A stretch of 64,000 nucleotides of DNA from Myxococcota bacterium (GTDB taxonomy: Bacteria > Myxococcota_A > UBA796 > CAJQPC01): NCBI GenBank assembly GCA_036229005.1, contig JAZAMN010000073.1:1-64000 (forward strand), written 5' to 3'. This document shows, in pieces, positions 35,226 through 43,998 of the stretch. Position numbers and translations under genes: made by a program. Numbering within the stretch: the first letter of the stretch is position 1; each line of letters opens with the position of its first letter. The notes under the pieces were generated by a model. It saw nothing but the letters and a program-made list of their open reading frames with translations. It ran no database searches and was not told the DNA's origin.

Positions 35226-35270
35226 AGGGAGCAGTATACCTGTAGTTGACACCCTTGATGCCGCTGAGCG

Positions 35271-35714
35271 CTATCGGATTCGCACCATGCACTCCGCCGG
35301 CAGCACGTGAGCGTCCCGCTCGGGATCCAACAGCGGGTAACTGTGGGTGACCACGACCTCTGCGCCCTCATCCAGGCAGATCTGTCTGAGGTTCCGTAAG
35401 GTGTTCCCCGCACGCAGCTCGGCGACCGTGAAGCAGGCCACGCGGAGCTCGTCCAGACCACCCTGGGCCTTGATCCACGCGCTCAGCGCCTGGGTCGGCC
35501 CCACCCCCTTCCACCCGATCCCGAAGGTGGGCGTGCCGAGCACCAGCCCCGCGTAGTCGAAGGGATCCAGCTCCGCGGGGAGCGCGTCGAGGGCGTAGGC
35601 GTCGACCTGGAAGGCGCGCGCCTGCAGCCGCTCCACCATGTCTGGAACCACCCGGCCGCAGTGTCCGCGGGCGTTGTCGTAGACCACCAGGATGCGCAGA
35701 GGAGTAAAGGGCAT
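35271..35714 (-). CDS. Flavodoxin-like protein
   Basis: ILVVY, YAGLVLGTPTF, RVACFTV; AGGAG RBS. Confidence 0.8.
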   Translation of the reverse strand: MPFTPLRILVVYDNARGHCGRVVPDMVERLQARAFQVDAYALDALPAELDPFDYAGLVLGTPTFGIGWKGVGPTQALSAWIKAQGGLDELRVACFTVAELRAGNTLRNLRQICLDEGAEVVVTHSYPLLDPERDAHVLPAECMVRIR

Positions 35715-35879
35715 GCTCCTTTCTTCCTCTCCCGGAGCGATCCGTCAACTCTGTGAAGGGCCCAGTGGAAAACATCGTGTCAACGGGCAGTCGACGCAGA
35801 GAGACCGCGCTTGACCTGCAGGCCCCGCAAACAGTAAAGACCCCCACGGCTACAATGGCGGCCGACAGGAGATGCTCAC

Positions 35880-36866
35880 ATGGCGCGTTGGCTTGTGTCC
35901 CAGGGAGACCGACAGTTCTCCGCCGCGGATCTGGACGAGATCAAGAAGCTGGCGAGAGACGGAAAGATCACCCAGATGGACATGATCCAGCCGCCGGGGG
36001 CCAGCGACTGGCTCTACGCGACCGAGCTCCCTGAGCTCAAGGGCCTGCTCAAGTCCAGCGGCAACGACGACCTCTACGAGGACGACGACCTGCCCAAGAA
36101 GTCCAAGCTCCCCATCGCCATCGCCCTGCTGGCGGTCATCGGCGTGGGGGCGTACTTCGCCTACGACGCCTACACCAAGCTCCCCGAGGCCTCCGACCTG
36201 GAGCTCCTGGGCGAGGGCGGCCTGGCCATGTCCGAGATCCTCATCACCGACGCAGCGCCCCTGCTCTCCGCCCCCGACGGCAGCCAGGTCGCCACGCTGG
36301 AGAAGGACAGCGAGGCCAGCATCCTGGGCAAGCGCGAGGGCTGGTACCACGTCCGGAGCGAGGGTGGACAGGAGGGCTACGTCAAGGCCTCCTACGCCAT
36401 CCCCGCCTACATGTTCGCGGACGCACAGACCCAGCAGGACCACGACCCGCTCTACAACCCGAACAACTACGTCTCGGTGAAGAACGCGTCCTGGATGCAG
36501 GTGGACAGCCGCAACAAGAACTTCACGCTCTTCCAGTTCATGGTGCACAACCAGTCCAAGTTCCCCATGACGGGCCTGGTCCTGGTCGCCACCATCAAGG
36601 ACAAGTCCGGCAAGGAGCTGGAGCGGGTCGAGATCCCCGTCGAGGGCCAGATCCCGCCCCACGAGGCCACCATGATCGGCACGCTGGAGGAGGACGACGC
36701 CGAGCGCCGCCTGATCACCAACGTCAGCTACGCCGAGATGTCCGCACAGGACACCGGCCTGCAGAAGTTCTGGACCGACGGCGTGGGCGTGGAGCTGCAG
36801 TCCAGCGGCTTCTCCGAGGCCACCATCGATGTCCTGGAAGTGCGGGCCATTCCCCCCTCGGAGTGA
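35880..36866 (+). CDS. Bitopic protein: GYF_2-like N-terminus, TM, SH3b-like domain, Ig-like C-terminus
   Basis: AGGAG RBS; WLV...LDEIKKLARDGKI...W...LPEL; GWYHVRSEGGQEGYV. Confidence 0.8.
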   Translation: MARWLVSQGDRQFSAADLDEIKKLARDGKITQMDMIQPPGASDWLYATELPELKGLLKSSGNDDLYEDDDLPKKSKLPIAIALLAVIGVGAYFAYDAYTKLPEASDLELLGEGGLAMSEILITDAAPLLSAPDGSQVATLEKDSEASILGKREGWYHVRSEGGQEGYVKASYAIPAYMFADAQTQQDHDPLYNPNNYVSVKNASWMQVDSRNKNFTLFQFMVHNQSKFPMTGLVLVATIKDKSGKELERVEIPVEGQIPPHEATMIGTLEEDDAERRLITNVSYAEMSAQDTGLQKFWTDGVGVELQSSGFSEATIDVLEVRAIPPSE

Positions 36867-36958
36867 GTCGGTTCACCTCGCAGACACCACGGGCCGCCTT
36901 CGGGCGGCCTGCCCTGCTTCAGGGGGGAACACCCAGACCGCCAGCGAGGTGCGCCGAC
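36867..36958. other. Structured intergenic element (branched hairpin with a C-UUCG-G loop), probable bidirectional terminator
   Basis: GTCGG/CCGAC and CACCTCGC/GCGAGGTG outer stems; GGCCGCC-TTCG-GGCGGCC (36892-36909); CCCTG-CTT-CAGGG. Confidence 0.6.
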
Positions 36959-36965
36959 CCATTCC

Positions 36966-38129
36966 CTACTGGAGGGTAGCCGTCCCAACCAGCCCCACGT
37001 AGCTGGCGCCCTCGATGGTGTTCCCGGTGGACGGGTTCACGCTCTGGCTGCCCTGGCGCCGCATCAACTGGATGCTCATCAGCGCGCCCGAGGGGTAGCT
37101 GGTGAGCAGCGAGCTTGGGATGGTCGCGCCGCCGTTGTCTTCGGCGTGGCAGTAGAGCTCCCCCAGCACGGCGCTGCCCTGGGCGTTGAACACCGTGATC
37201 CAGATGATGAAGCTCTCGGCCTCGTAGGCGGGGGACCAGGTGAAGGTCAGGCCGTTCCGGGAGAGCTTGGTGAACGCCGAGTTGGAGGGGTTCAGGATGG
37301 TCAGGGGCTGGAAGGTGTCAAAGCCAAAGGTGGTCTCGACCACGTCCGAGACCTCCCAGCCGGCGCTGGGGACCTGCAGGTCGTAGGCGCTGTTCCAGAG
37401 CTTGTCGGACTCGCTCAGGGGCTGGCTCAGGTAGATCACCGAGCCGCCCTGGAGGCTCTTCTGCAGGGGGATGGAGTCGCTGCCCGCGCTGACGTAGGCC
37501 CAGTCGCCCATGTCCTTGTAGACGCTGGTCGGGGGCGTGCTGGCGCTGGTCGTGGCGCAGCTCCCCTGGGCGGGGAGGTCGTTGAGCCAGCTCCCGCCCA
37601 CCGGGTCGTGGAAGACCGCGCCGATGCTGTAGGAGAGCTGGCTGCTCACCCCGAAGCACTCCGGGCAGCCGTAGACCATGTAGCTGTACTCGACCAGCCC
37701 CTCGAGCTTGCCCGTGGGGGTGACGTCGGTGTCCGTGTCGCTGTCGGTGTCCGCGTCGGTGTCCGCGTCCCCGCCGCCGTCGGTGTAGGTGAAGGCGTTG
37801 TAGGCGACCGCCTGCTCCGTGCCGTTGTCCACCGTGACGTCCACCGGAGCCGCGACGGCGACCGCCGGGCTGGTCACCAGGAGCTGGCCGTCCCCGAGCA
37901 CCGTGGCCGAGAGCTCCGCGCCGCCGAACCAGACCGTGGGCGAGACGCCGAAGCCCTGGCCCAGGATCTGCACCGTGGTGCCCCCGCTGGTGGGGCCGAA
38001 TGCGGGCTCCACGCCGGTGATGCAGATGTCCGCCCCGCAGTCCCCGGCCGCGCTGCTGTCCAGCGCGGTCTCGAAGCCCTCCTCCAGGCCGAACTCACCA
38101 CAAGCGAGAAGGAGCAGCAGCGCAGGCAT
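36966..38129 (-). CDS. Lipoprotein with an IPT/TIG domain, DADTD linker and uncharacterised C-terminal domain
   Basis: MPALLLLLAC; ITGVEPAFGPTSGGTTVQILGQGF...AFTY. Confidence 0.85.
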   Translation of the reverse strand: MPALLLLLACGEFGLEEGFETALDSSAAGDCGADICITGVEPAFGPTSGGTTVQILGQGFGVSPTVWFGGAELSATVLGDGQLLVTSPAVAVAAPVDVTVDNGTEQAVAYNAFTYTDGGGDADTDADTDSDTDTDVTPTGKLEGLVEYSYMVYGCPECFGVSSQLSYSIGAVFHDPVGGSWLNDLPAQGSCATTSASTPPTSVYKDMGDWAYVSAGSDSIPLQKSLQGGSVIYLSQPLSESDKLWNSAYDLQVPSAGWEVSDVVETTFGFDTFQPLTILNPSNSAFTKLSRNGLTFTWSPAYEAESFIIWITVFNAQGSAVLGELYCHAEDNGGATIPSSLLTSYPSGALMSIQLMRRQGSQSVNPSTGNTIEGASYVGLVGTATLQ

Positions 38130-38132
38130 CGT

Positions 38133-40841
38133 CTACCACCGCAGCGAGAAGAAGTCGGAGGAGCTGTAGCCGCTGTAGTAGTAGCCCCAGCCATCCGGGA
38201 AGTGGTCGCAGTAGCTGCCCGTCAGGCTGCCACACCAGCCCGCGCCGAAGCCCGCTCGGAGCTGCGTGCTCCCGATGCCCATGTCGGCCTCTGCCCAGGA
38301 CAGGCGCACGCTCTCGCTGTCGGGGTAGCTGACGGTGGGCTTGGACAGGGTGACGAAGGTGCTGTCGTAGCCCTGGAGCTTGGCGACGCCGCTCTGCAGG
38401 CTCAGGCGGTAGTAGGTGTAGTCGCCGCTGGTGGCCACGGCCCACATCTCGATGAACGCGGTGGCCGGGTCGATGCCGGGGGCGACCTTGTATTCGAGCT
38501 CGAAGGTGCCGCCGCTGACCCGGTAGCGGGCGTTGATCAGGTCGACCGTGTCGCCGTTGTTGTCGCCGATGGGGTCGTTGCTGGTGCTCACGTAGAGCCA
38601 GGGGGCCTCGCCGAGCACGACCTGGGCCTGCGCGGTGTAGGCCACGCCAGCGCCGTCCACCAGGTCAAGCTGCAGGTCCAGGGTGTCCCCCAGCGCCGCG
38701 CCCGCGTCCACGCTGACCTCGAAGTCCTTGGAGCGGCTGGAGCCGACGCCCAGGCTGCCCAGCAGGGTCGCGGTGCCCGGCGTGGTAGCGCTGGCCGTGC
38801 TGGTGCCGAGCACGCTCAGGGTGCCGGTGACCAGGCCGGTGGCGTCCAGGTCGCCCAGGTTGGTGACCTCGATGTCCAGCTCGGCGCTCTCGCCGGGCTC
38901 CAGCAGGCCGTCGCCGTCGCCCCCGTCCCCGTCGTCGATCTCGATGGCGGTGATGGTGGGGACGGCCCAGGGGACCGAGATGGAGACGGGCACGGTCCAC
39001 GACTCGACCTCGTCCTCCAGCAGCAGCTCGGCCTGCACGTCCTGGCTGTCGGTGTGGGCGGTGGACACGGTCAGGGACATGCCGGACAGGCTGGCCTCCT
39101 CGCCGGCCTCCCACGCATCCGAGGTCAGGGCGTAGGGGCCCCCGCTGTCCACGCTCAGGTCCGGGTCGGCGCTCAGCAGGGTGGCCTGCACGCCCCCAGC
39201 GCTGGAGGCGCCGTCATTGCGGAGCAGCAGCTCCAGATCCAGGCTGTCCCCGGGCGAGATGACCAGCGGATCCGTGCTCTGGCTGACCAGCACCGGCTCG
39301 GGCGGCTGGGGCAGGTAGACCAGGGCCTCCTCCCCAGCGCTCAGGGCGGGCAGCAGGCTGGCGTCGTAGTCCACGCCGCCGTAGCGGATCCCGAAGTCGG
39401 CTACCTGGCCGGCGACCGCGCTGTCCACCCGCACGAACCAGCGCTGGGCCGGAGCGGGCGGGAGCAGGTCGTACTGGTCGGTGAGCTCCAGCTCCAGGTC
39501 CAGATCCCCCGCGCTGGCCACGTCGGCGTAGACCTGCGTGGACCACAGCGGCGCGTCCGGGTCCCCCACCCCGATGTCCACCTGCACGAGGCCGGTGCCG
39601 CCCAGGTCCAGGGAGAGGGCGGCCGCGCTGGCCTGCCCCACGAGCAGCTCGCCGGGGAAGACCCAGCTCTGGGTGTCGTCGCTGAGGGTGAGCTCCATGG
39701 GCAGGTGGCTGTGGTTGGGCCACTCGCTGTCCACCACCACGTCGAAGGCCATGGTCTCGGTGGCCCCGGCGCCGATGCTGCTCAGCTCCTGGGGGCTGTT
39801 GGAGACGGTCGCGCCCCCGGCCGGGAAGCTCAGGGAGACCTCCAGCGGGCCCCCGGAGAGGTCCACCCGGTTCTCCAGGCTGACCTGCACGCTCGCGCTG
39901 TCCCCGGGCTCTACCGGGGTGTCCGCCCAGCCCACCGTGGGCCACACGTCGATGCTCAGGGGGCCCACGGCCACATCGTCGATGAACCAGTCATCGCTCA
40001 CGGCGCCCGCGTAGCGCCAGGCCAGGTAGACCGCCTGCTCGCCGCTGTAGGCGCTCAGATCCACCACCACGGAGCGCTGCCACTCCTTGTCCAGGGGAGC
40101 GGAGAGCTCGGTGAGCTGCACATAGTCCCCATCATCCGGCAGCCTGGAGCCCGTGGACACCCAGAGGCTGTGCTGCGCCAGCGAGGTGCTCTGTCCGTAC
40201 TCCTGCCAGGTGACCTGCACGCGCTCGGTGTCCGAGAGGTCCAGGGCCGGGGAGATCAGGTAGTCGTCCAGGGTGTTGGAGGCGTCGCTGCCCCGGAAGT
40301 GGGCGACCGAGTGGGTGCCGCTGACCGCGTGGGACTCGGAGAGCGCCCAGGGGAAGCCAGCGAACGAGACGCTGTCCTGCGCCCAGCCCAGCCCCCAGAT
40401 GTCCGTGGCGCCGTCCTCCAGCTCGAAGTCCTCGGTGAAGGGGAGCGCCAGGCCCACGACCTGGACGTCCACCGAGAAGACCTCGTCGTCGGCGTCCTCC
40501 GGGAGGGTGGAGGTGGACGGGATCTCGTTGAGATCGACGGCCTTGAAGTAGTACTCCAGCGCCGGAGAGGCGACGGCCTCTCCGGGGATCTCGCCGGTCC
40601 AGGTGGCCCCGCTGTCCGCGGTCTGGAGCTCCGCGAGGTTCCAGAAGCCGGAGCCCTGGGTGCGGTAGTAGACGGTGACCTCGCCGACCCCGTCCTCGTC
40701 TGCGGCCGCGAGCTCCAGCGAGATGGGCGAGCCCACCAGCACAGCCCCAGGCGGTGTGTGCGAGAGCTCGGGGGGGGCCAGATCCGCTTGGGAGTCCTCG
40801 ACCTGATCCTTGTTGCAGGCCAGCAGCAGGAGCCAGATCAC
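38133..40841 (-). CDS. Large multi-Ig lipoprotein with a choice-of-anchor J / MAM-like domain
   Basis: MIWLLLLAC; LEYYFKAVD; LPFTEDFE...DDYLISPALDLS...VDLSAYSG..VYLAWRY...WFIDDV; GDGDGLLEPGE. Confidence 0.85.
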   Translation of the reverse strand: MIWLLLLACNKDQVEDSQADLAPPELSHTPPGAVLVGSPISLELAAADEDGVGEVTVYYRTQGSGFWNLAELQTADSGATWTGEIPGEAVASPALEYYFKAVDLNEIPSTSTLPEDADDEVFSVDVQVVGLALPFTEDFELEDGATDIWGLGWAQDSVSFAGFPWALSESHAVSGTHSVAHFRGSDASNTLDDYLISPALDLSDTERVQVTWQEYGQSTSLAQHSLWVSTGSRLPDDGDYVQLTELSAPLDKEWQRSVVVDLSAYSGEQAVYLAWRYAGAVSDDWFIDDVAVGPLSIDVWPTVGWADTPVEPGDSASVQVSLENRVDLSGGPLEVSLSFPAGGATVSNSPQELSSIGAGATETMAFDVVVDSEWPNHSHLPMELTLSDDTQSWVFPGELLVGQASAAALSLDLGGTGLVQVDIGVGDPDAPLWSTQVYADVASAGDLDLELELTDQYDLLPPAPAQRWFVRVDSAVAGQVADFGIRYGGVDYDASLLPALSAGEEALVYLPQPPEPVLVSQSTDPLVISPGDSLDLELLLRNDGASSAGGVQATLLSADPDLSVDSGGPYALTSDAWEAGEEASLSGMSLTVSTAHTDSQDVQAELLLEDEVESWTVPVSISVPWAVPTITAIEIDDGDGGDGDGLLEPGESAELDIEVTNLGDLDATGLVTGTLSVLGTSTASATTPGTATLLGSLGVGSSRSKDFEVSVDAGAALGDTLDLQLDLVDGAGVAYTAQAQVVLGEAPWLYVSTSNDPIGDNNGDTVDLINARYRVSGGTFELEYKVAPGIDPATAFIEMWAVATSGDYTYYRLSLQSGVAKLQGYDSTFVTLSKPTVSYPDSESVRLSWAEADMGIGSTQLRAGFGAGWCGSLTGSYCDHFPDGWGYYYSGYSSSDFFSLRW

Positions 40842-41452
40842 AGGCCCTCCTGGTCACAGAGGGGGTCTTCGTCGACGTTCAGCACGGGCGGCAGGTCGAT
40901 GGGGGTGCTCTCGCTGTCCTCGTCCCCGTAGAGCCAGCAGTAGGTGGCGCACTGGTAGGAGATGATGTTGCCGTTGATGTCCCCGACGGGCAGGCAGCCG
41001 TAGCCGCTGGGGCAGTCGGTGTCGTCGCCGCACTCGACGCCGCAGTAGTCGTTCGCGCCCCAGTTCAGGCACATGTTGGCGCCGTCGCCGCCGCACTCGG
41101 AGTCGTCGTTGCAGGGCTTGCAGTAGTAGCCGGAGGCCTCGTAGCACTCCCCCGACGCGGTGTTGCAGAACTCGCCGAAGCCGCAGTCGAGCTGGGTGTC
41201 GCGGCAGGAGCCGGGCACGCACTCGCGGACGTCCGTGTTGCAGACATCGCCGGGGTAGCAGTCGGAGTCCTCCAGGCACCCGTCCTGGCAGCTCTGCTCG
41301 GCGCAGTACTGCTCCATGCCGCACTGATCTGAGGTCGCGCAGGGGACGGGCTTGCAGACGCCCTCCAGACAGACGGAGCCGAACTCGCAGGCGATCTCCT
41401 CGGAGCACTCCACCTCGGGCCCACCGCAGGCCATCATGAGCATCAGGATCAC
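40838..41452 (-). CDS. Cysteine-rich repeat lipoprotein
   Basis: MILMLMMAC; repeated C-x-x-D-x-D/E-C-x-x-G-x-x-C units. Confidence 0.85.
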   Translation of the reverse strand: MILMLMMACGGPEVECSEEIACEFGSVCLEGVCKPVPCATSDQCGMEQYCAEQSCQDGCLEDSDCYPGDVCNTDVRECVPGSCRDTQLDCGFGEFCNTASGECYEASGYYCKPCNDDSECGGDGANMCLNWGANDYCGVECGDDTDCPSGYGCLPVGDINGNIISYQCATYCWLYGDEDSESTPIDLPPVLNVDEDPLCDQEGL

Positions 41453-43074
41453 TGGGAAGCCCCCTCGGCGCTGCCGGAGTCTTGGGTTCCGTCTTCAGCG
41501 TCGGTCGCGCTCCTGGCGCGGAGCTCGTAGCTGACGGAGATGTAGCTGTTGGGCGGCGGCATCTGCTCCTCTTCGAAGCGGATGGCGTTGCGCTCGGCGA
41601 TGTAGGTCCAGTCGCTGCCCTCCTCCAGCGTGCGCAGGAAGGAGTCCAGGCTGTCGGTCTCGTAGAGCTCCACCTCGAAGGTCTCGGGGTTGGGGTTCTC
41701 GGAGAGCTCGAACTCCAGGGCCAGGCCGCTCAGGACCAGGCCCAGGTCGGCGGCGATGGGCGAGAAGTCCTCGTCGCAGATGGAGTCGACCAGGCCCTCG
41801 GTGCGGTTGGCCAGGTCCACGTAGCGCTTGCCGTAGTCGGCCACGCCGTCCTCGCTGGAGCAGGAGGGCTCCCCGGAGAACTGGGGCGGGTAGGCGCCCA
41901 CCACGGCCGAGATGTTGAAGCGGGTGTGGTTGCGGTAGGCCGACTCGCCCTTGAGGTCCGTGAAGAAGCGCAGGTACTCGTCGACGGGGGAGCCGGAGTC
42001 GTCGTCCTCGTCCGAGACGAAGATGAGCGAGAGGTTGGCGTCCTCCCGCAGGAAGCCGGCGTTGTCCTCGGAGATCAGGGGCTCCGAGAGGCTCATGCGC
42101 GCGGCCTCGTAGCCCATCTCGATGCCCACCCCGGAGGTGCCCTGGGCGACCATCTCCGAGAAGATCTCGGAGGCGCCCTCGGTCTCGGGGTCGATGATGG
42201 TGATCTGGTTGTTGAGGGTGAAGGCCTCCCCCAGCGCCAAGGATCCCTCGATGCCGCCGTTCTCGGCGGAGTCCGCGCTGCGGGCCACGACGATGAAGCC
42301 CCCGGCGGCCACGGTGGTGCCCTCCGGGAAGATGTAGTCGTTGCGCCCGGCGTCGCTGAGGTGCATGCCGGACAGGTCCAGGGCCTTGTCGGTGGTGTTC
42401 TTGAGCTCCACCCACTCGCCCAGGTTGTCGGCGACGGCCGCGGGGTCCGCCATGAACTCGTTGATGATGAGCTCACCGGACTTGGGGGCCTCGGCGCTGG
42501 TCTCGGAGCCGCCCGTGTCCGTCGTGCTGCCGGTGTCCTCGCTGGCGGTGTCCGCGCTGCCGGTGTCCGCGAGCCCAGCGGCGCAGGCGGTGTTCTCGGA
42601 TCCGGGGGTGCCCAGGTCCCCTCCCCCATAGGCGGCCGCGCCGGCGCACCAGCTCCCGGGGAGGTCGTTGAGGGTGCGGGTGGCCTTGTCGGGGTCCAGG
42701 GCGAAGCTGGCTCCGGTGGGGATGCCCCAGTCGCGGTCGAAGTCCACGCGGTCGATCTCGGAGCCCGCGGCGGAGAGCAGGCGGATCTCGTCGTCGCCGC
42801 CCACGAACTTGCCGGAGAACTGCTCCTGGACCGTGTCGGTGGTGGTCACGGCGATCTGGTACTCGACGTCGACGCCCTCGAAGTACTGGATGAAGCTGTC
42901 GAAGTTGCTGGCGAGCTTGTCCTGCTCCTCGAACATGGAGCAGGAGTTGTCGACCACCAGCAGCACATCGACCTGGTTGCGGCCGTTCTGCTGGAAGATG
43001 TCGGTGTGCTTCTGGTTGTAGAACTCGTAGTCCTGGCAGCCGAGCAGGCTCAGCAGGAGGGCAAAGCTAGGCAC
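41449..43074 (-). CDS. vWA-domain lipoprotein with an inserted lamin-tail domain
   Basis: LLGC lipobox; DVLLVVDNSCSM MIDAS, IAVTTTD, EMGYEAA, GFLREDANLSLIFVSDEDD, SICDEDF; LTD motifs INEFMADP / EWVELKN / GTPGSEN. Confidence 0.88.
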   Translation of the reverse strand: MPSFALLLSLLGCQDYEFYNQKHTDIFQQNGRNQVDVLLVVDNSCSMFEEQDKLASNFDSFIQYFEGVDVEYQIAVTTTDTVQEQFSGKFVGGDDEIRLLSAAGSEIDRVDFDRDWGIPTGASFALDPDKATRTLNDLPGSWCAGAAAYGGGDLGTPGSENTACAAGLADTGSADTASEDTGSTTDTGGSETSAEAPKSGELIINEFMADPAAVADNLGEWVELKNTTDKALDLSGMHLSDAGRNDYIFPEGTTVAAGGFIVVARSADSAENGGIEGSLALGEAFTLNNQITIIDPETEGASEIFSEMVAQGTSGVGIEMGYEAARMSLSEPLISEDNAGFLREDANLSLIFVSDEDDDSGSPVDEYLRFFTDLKGESAYRNHTRFNISAVVGAYPPQFSGEPSCSSEDGVADYGKRYVDLANRTEGLVDSICDEDFSPIAADLGLVLSGLALEFELSENPNPETFEVELYETDSLDSFLRTLEEGSDWTYIAERNAIRFEEEQMPPPNSYISVSYELRARSATDAEDGTQDSGSAEGASQ

Positions 43075-43981
43075 CGCTGTCTCCAGTGTCGGTGGACTCG
43101 TCGGATTCGGAGGCGTTGCCTGGGTCCAGGCGGTCCACCATCGCGGTCAACAGGGCGTCGGAGAGCCCCGGGGTCTGGCTGTTCCAGTGGAAGGAGGTGA
43201 AGATCACCTGGCCGCGGCCGGCCTCGAAGCTCAGCAGCAAGGGGACGCCCTCGGCGGTGGCGTAGCCCTCGGACTCGGAGACCTTGTACTCGACGTCGCC
43301 GGTGGCGAAGACCTCGACGTCGTCGGCGACGGACTCCACGAAGGTCCAGTCGGAGTAGTCGAAGTGCACGGACATGGTGTCCGAGCCGACCTCGGTCTTG
43401 AGGCCCTCGTCCTGGAGTTGGGCGGTGAGCTGGCCGGCGACCGCGACCTGGGCTGCGTCGTACACCCCGCTCTCATCTTGGTAGAACTTGACCTTCTCGG
43501 GCCACACGGCCTCGACGAGGTCATAGCTCCAGTCGCTGACGACCAGGGTGCGCCCGTTGCCTTCCACGTAGGTGCGCACGCGCTCGATGACCTCGGGGTC
43601 GGCGACAAAGGCGTCGTCGTCTTCGATGCCGTTCCACTGGACCTCTCCGAAGCCGCGGGCCCCGGAGTTGACGAACACGGCGTCGAAGCTGTCGATCTCG
43701 GCGTCCTCGTCCGCGTCCACGTAGGTGAACAGGGTCTCGGACTTGAGGGCGATCTGCTCGGGGTCCACGTCGTCGTCGTAGGCGGGGGCGGAGATGAAGC
43801 CCTCGTAGACGGTGTGGGCGACGTCCAGGCGGCCCAGGTTGCGCTCGACCGCGTCGAAGTCGCCGGACACGACCGCGATGTTGTCGAAGGGCTGGAGGAT
43901 GATCTCGTTCTCCGTGCACCCCAGGGAGAGGAATCCCAGGGGAGCCAGGAGGACGGCGAGGGCGCAGGTCCTGCGCTTCAT
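43067..43981 (-). CDS. Lipoprotein, class I glutamine amidotransferase-like fold
   Basis: MKRRTCALAVLLAPLGFLSLGC; IAVVSGDFD, FDAVFVNSG, VRTYVEGNGRTLVVSDWSY, GRGQVIFTSFH. Confidence 0.75.
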   Translation of the reverse strand: MKRRTCALAVLLAPLGFLSLGCTENEIILQPFDNIAVVSGDFDAVERNLGRLDVAHTVYEGFISAPAYDDDVDPEQIALKSETLFTYVDADEDAEIDSFDAVFVNSGARGFGEVQWNGIEDDDAFVADPEVIERVRTYVEGNGRTLVVSDWSYDLVEAVWPEKVKFYQDESGVYDAAQVAVAGQLTAQLQDEGLKTEVGSDTMSVHFDYSDWTFVESVADDVEVFATGDVEYKVSESEGYATAEGVPLLLSFEAGRGQVIFTSFHWNSQTPGLSDALLTAMVDRLDPGNASESDESTDTGDSGA

Positions 43982-43998
43982 GGGGGCTCCGCGCACGC

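Noticed and set aside
35811..35856. Sigma70-like promoter (TTGACC ... TAAAGA or TACAAT)
   Set aside because: The best -35 and best -10 are not at canonical spacing; too weak to call.
37146..40931. 1261-aa plus-strand ORF
   Set aside because: Antisense to the lipoprotein operon.
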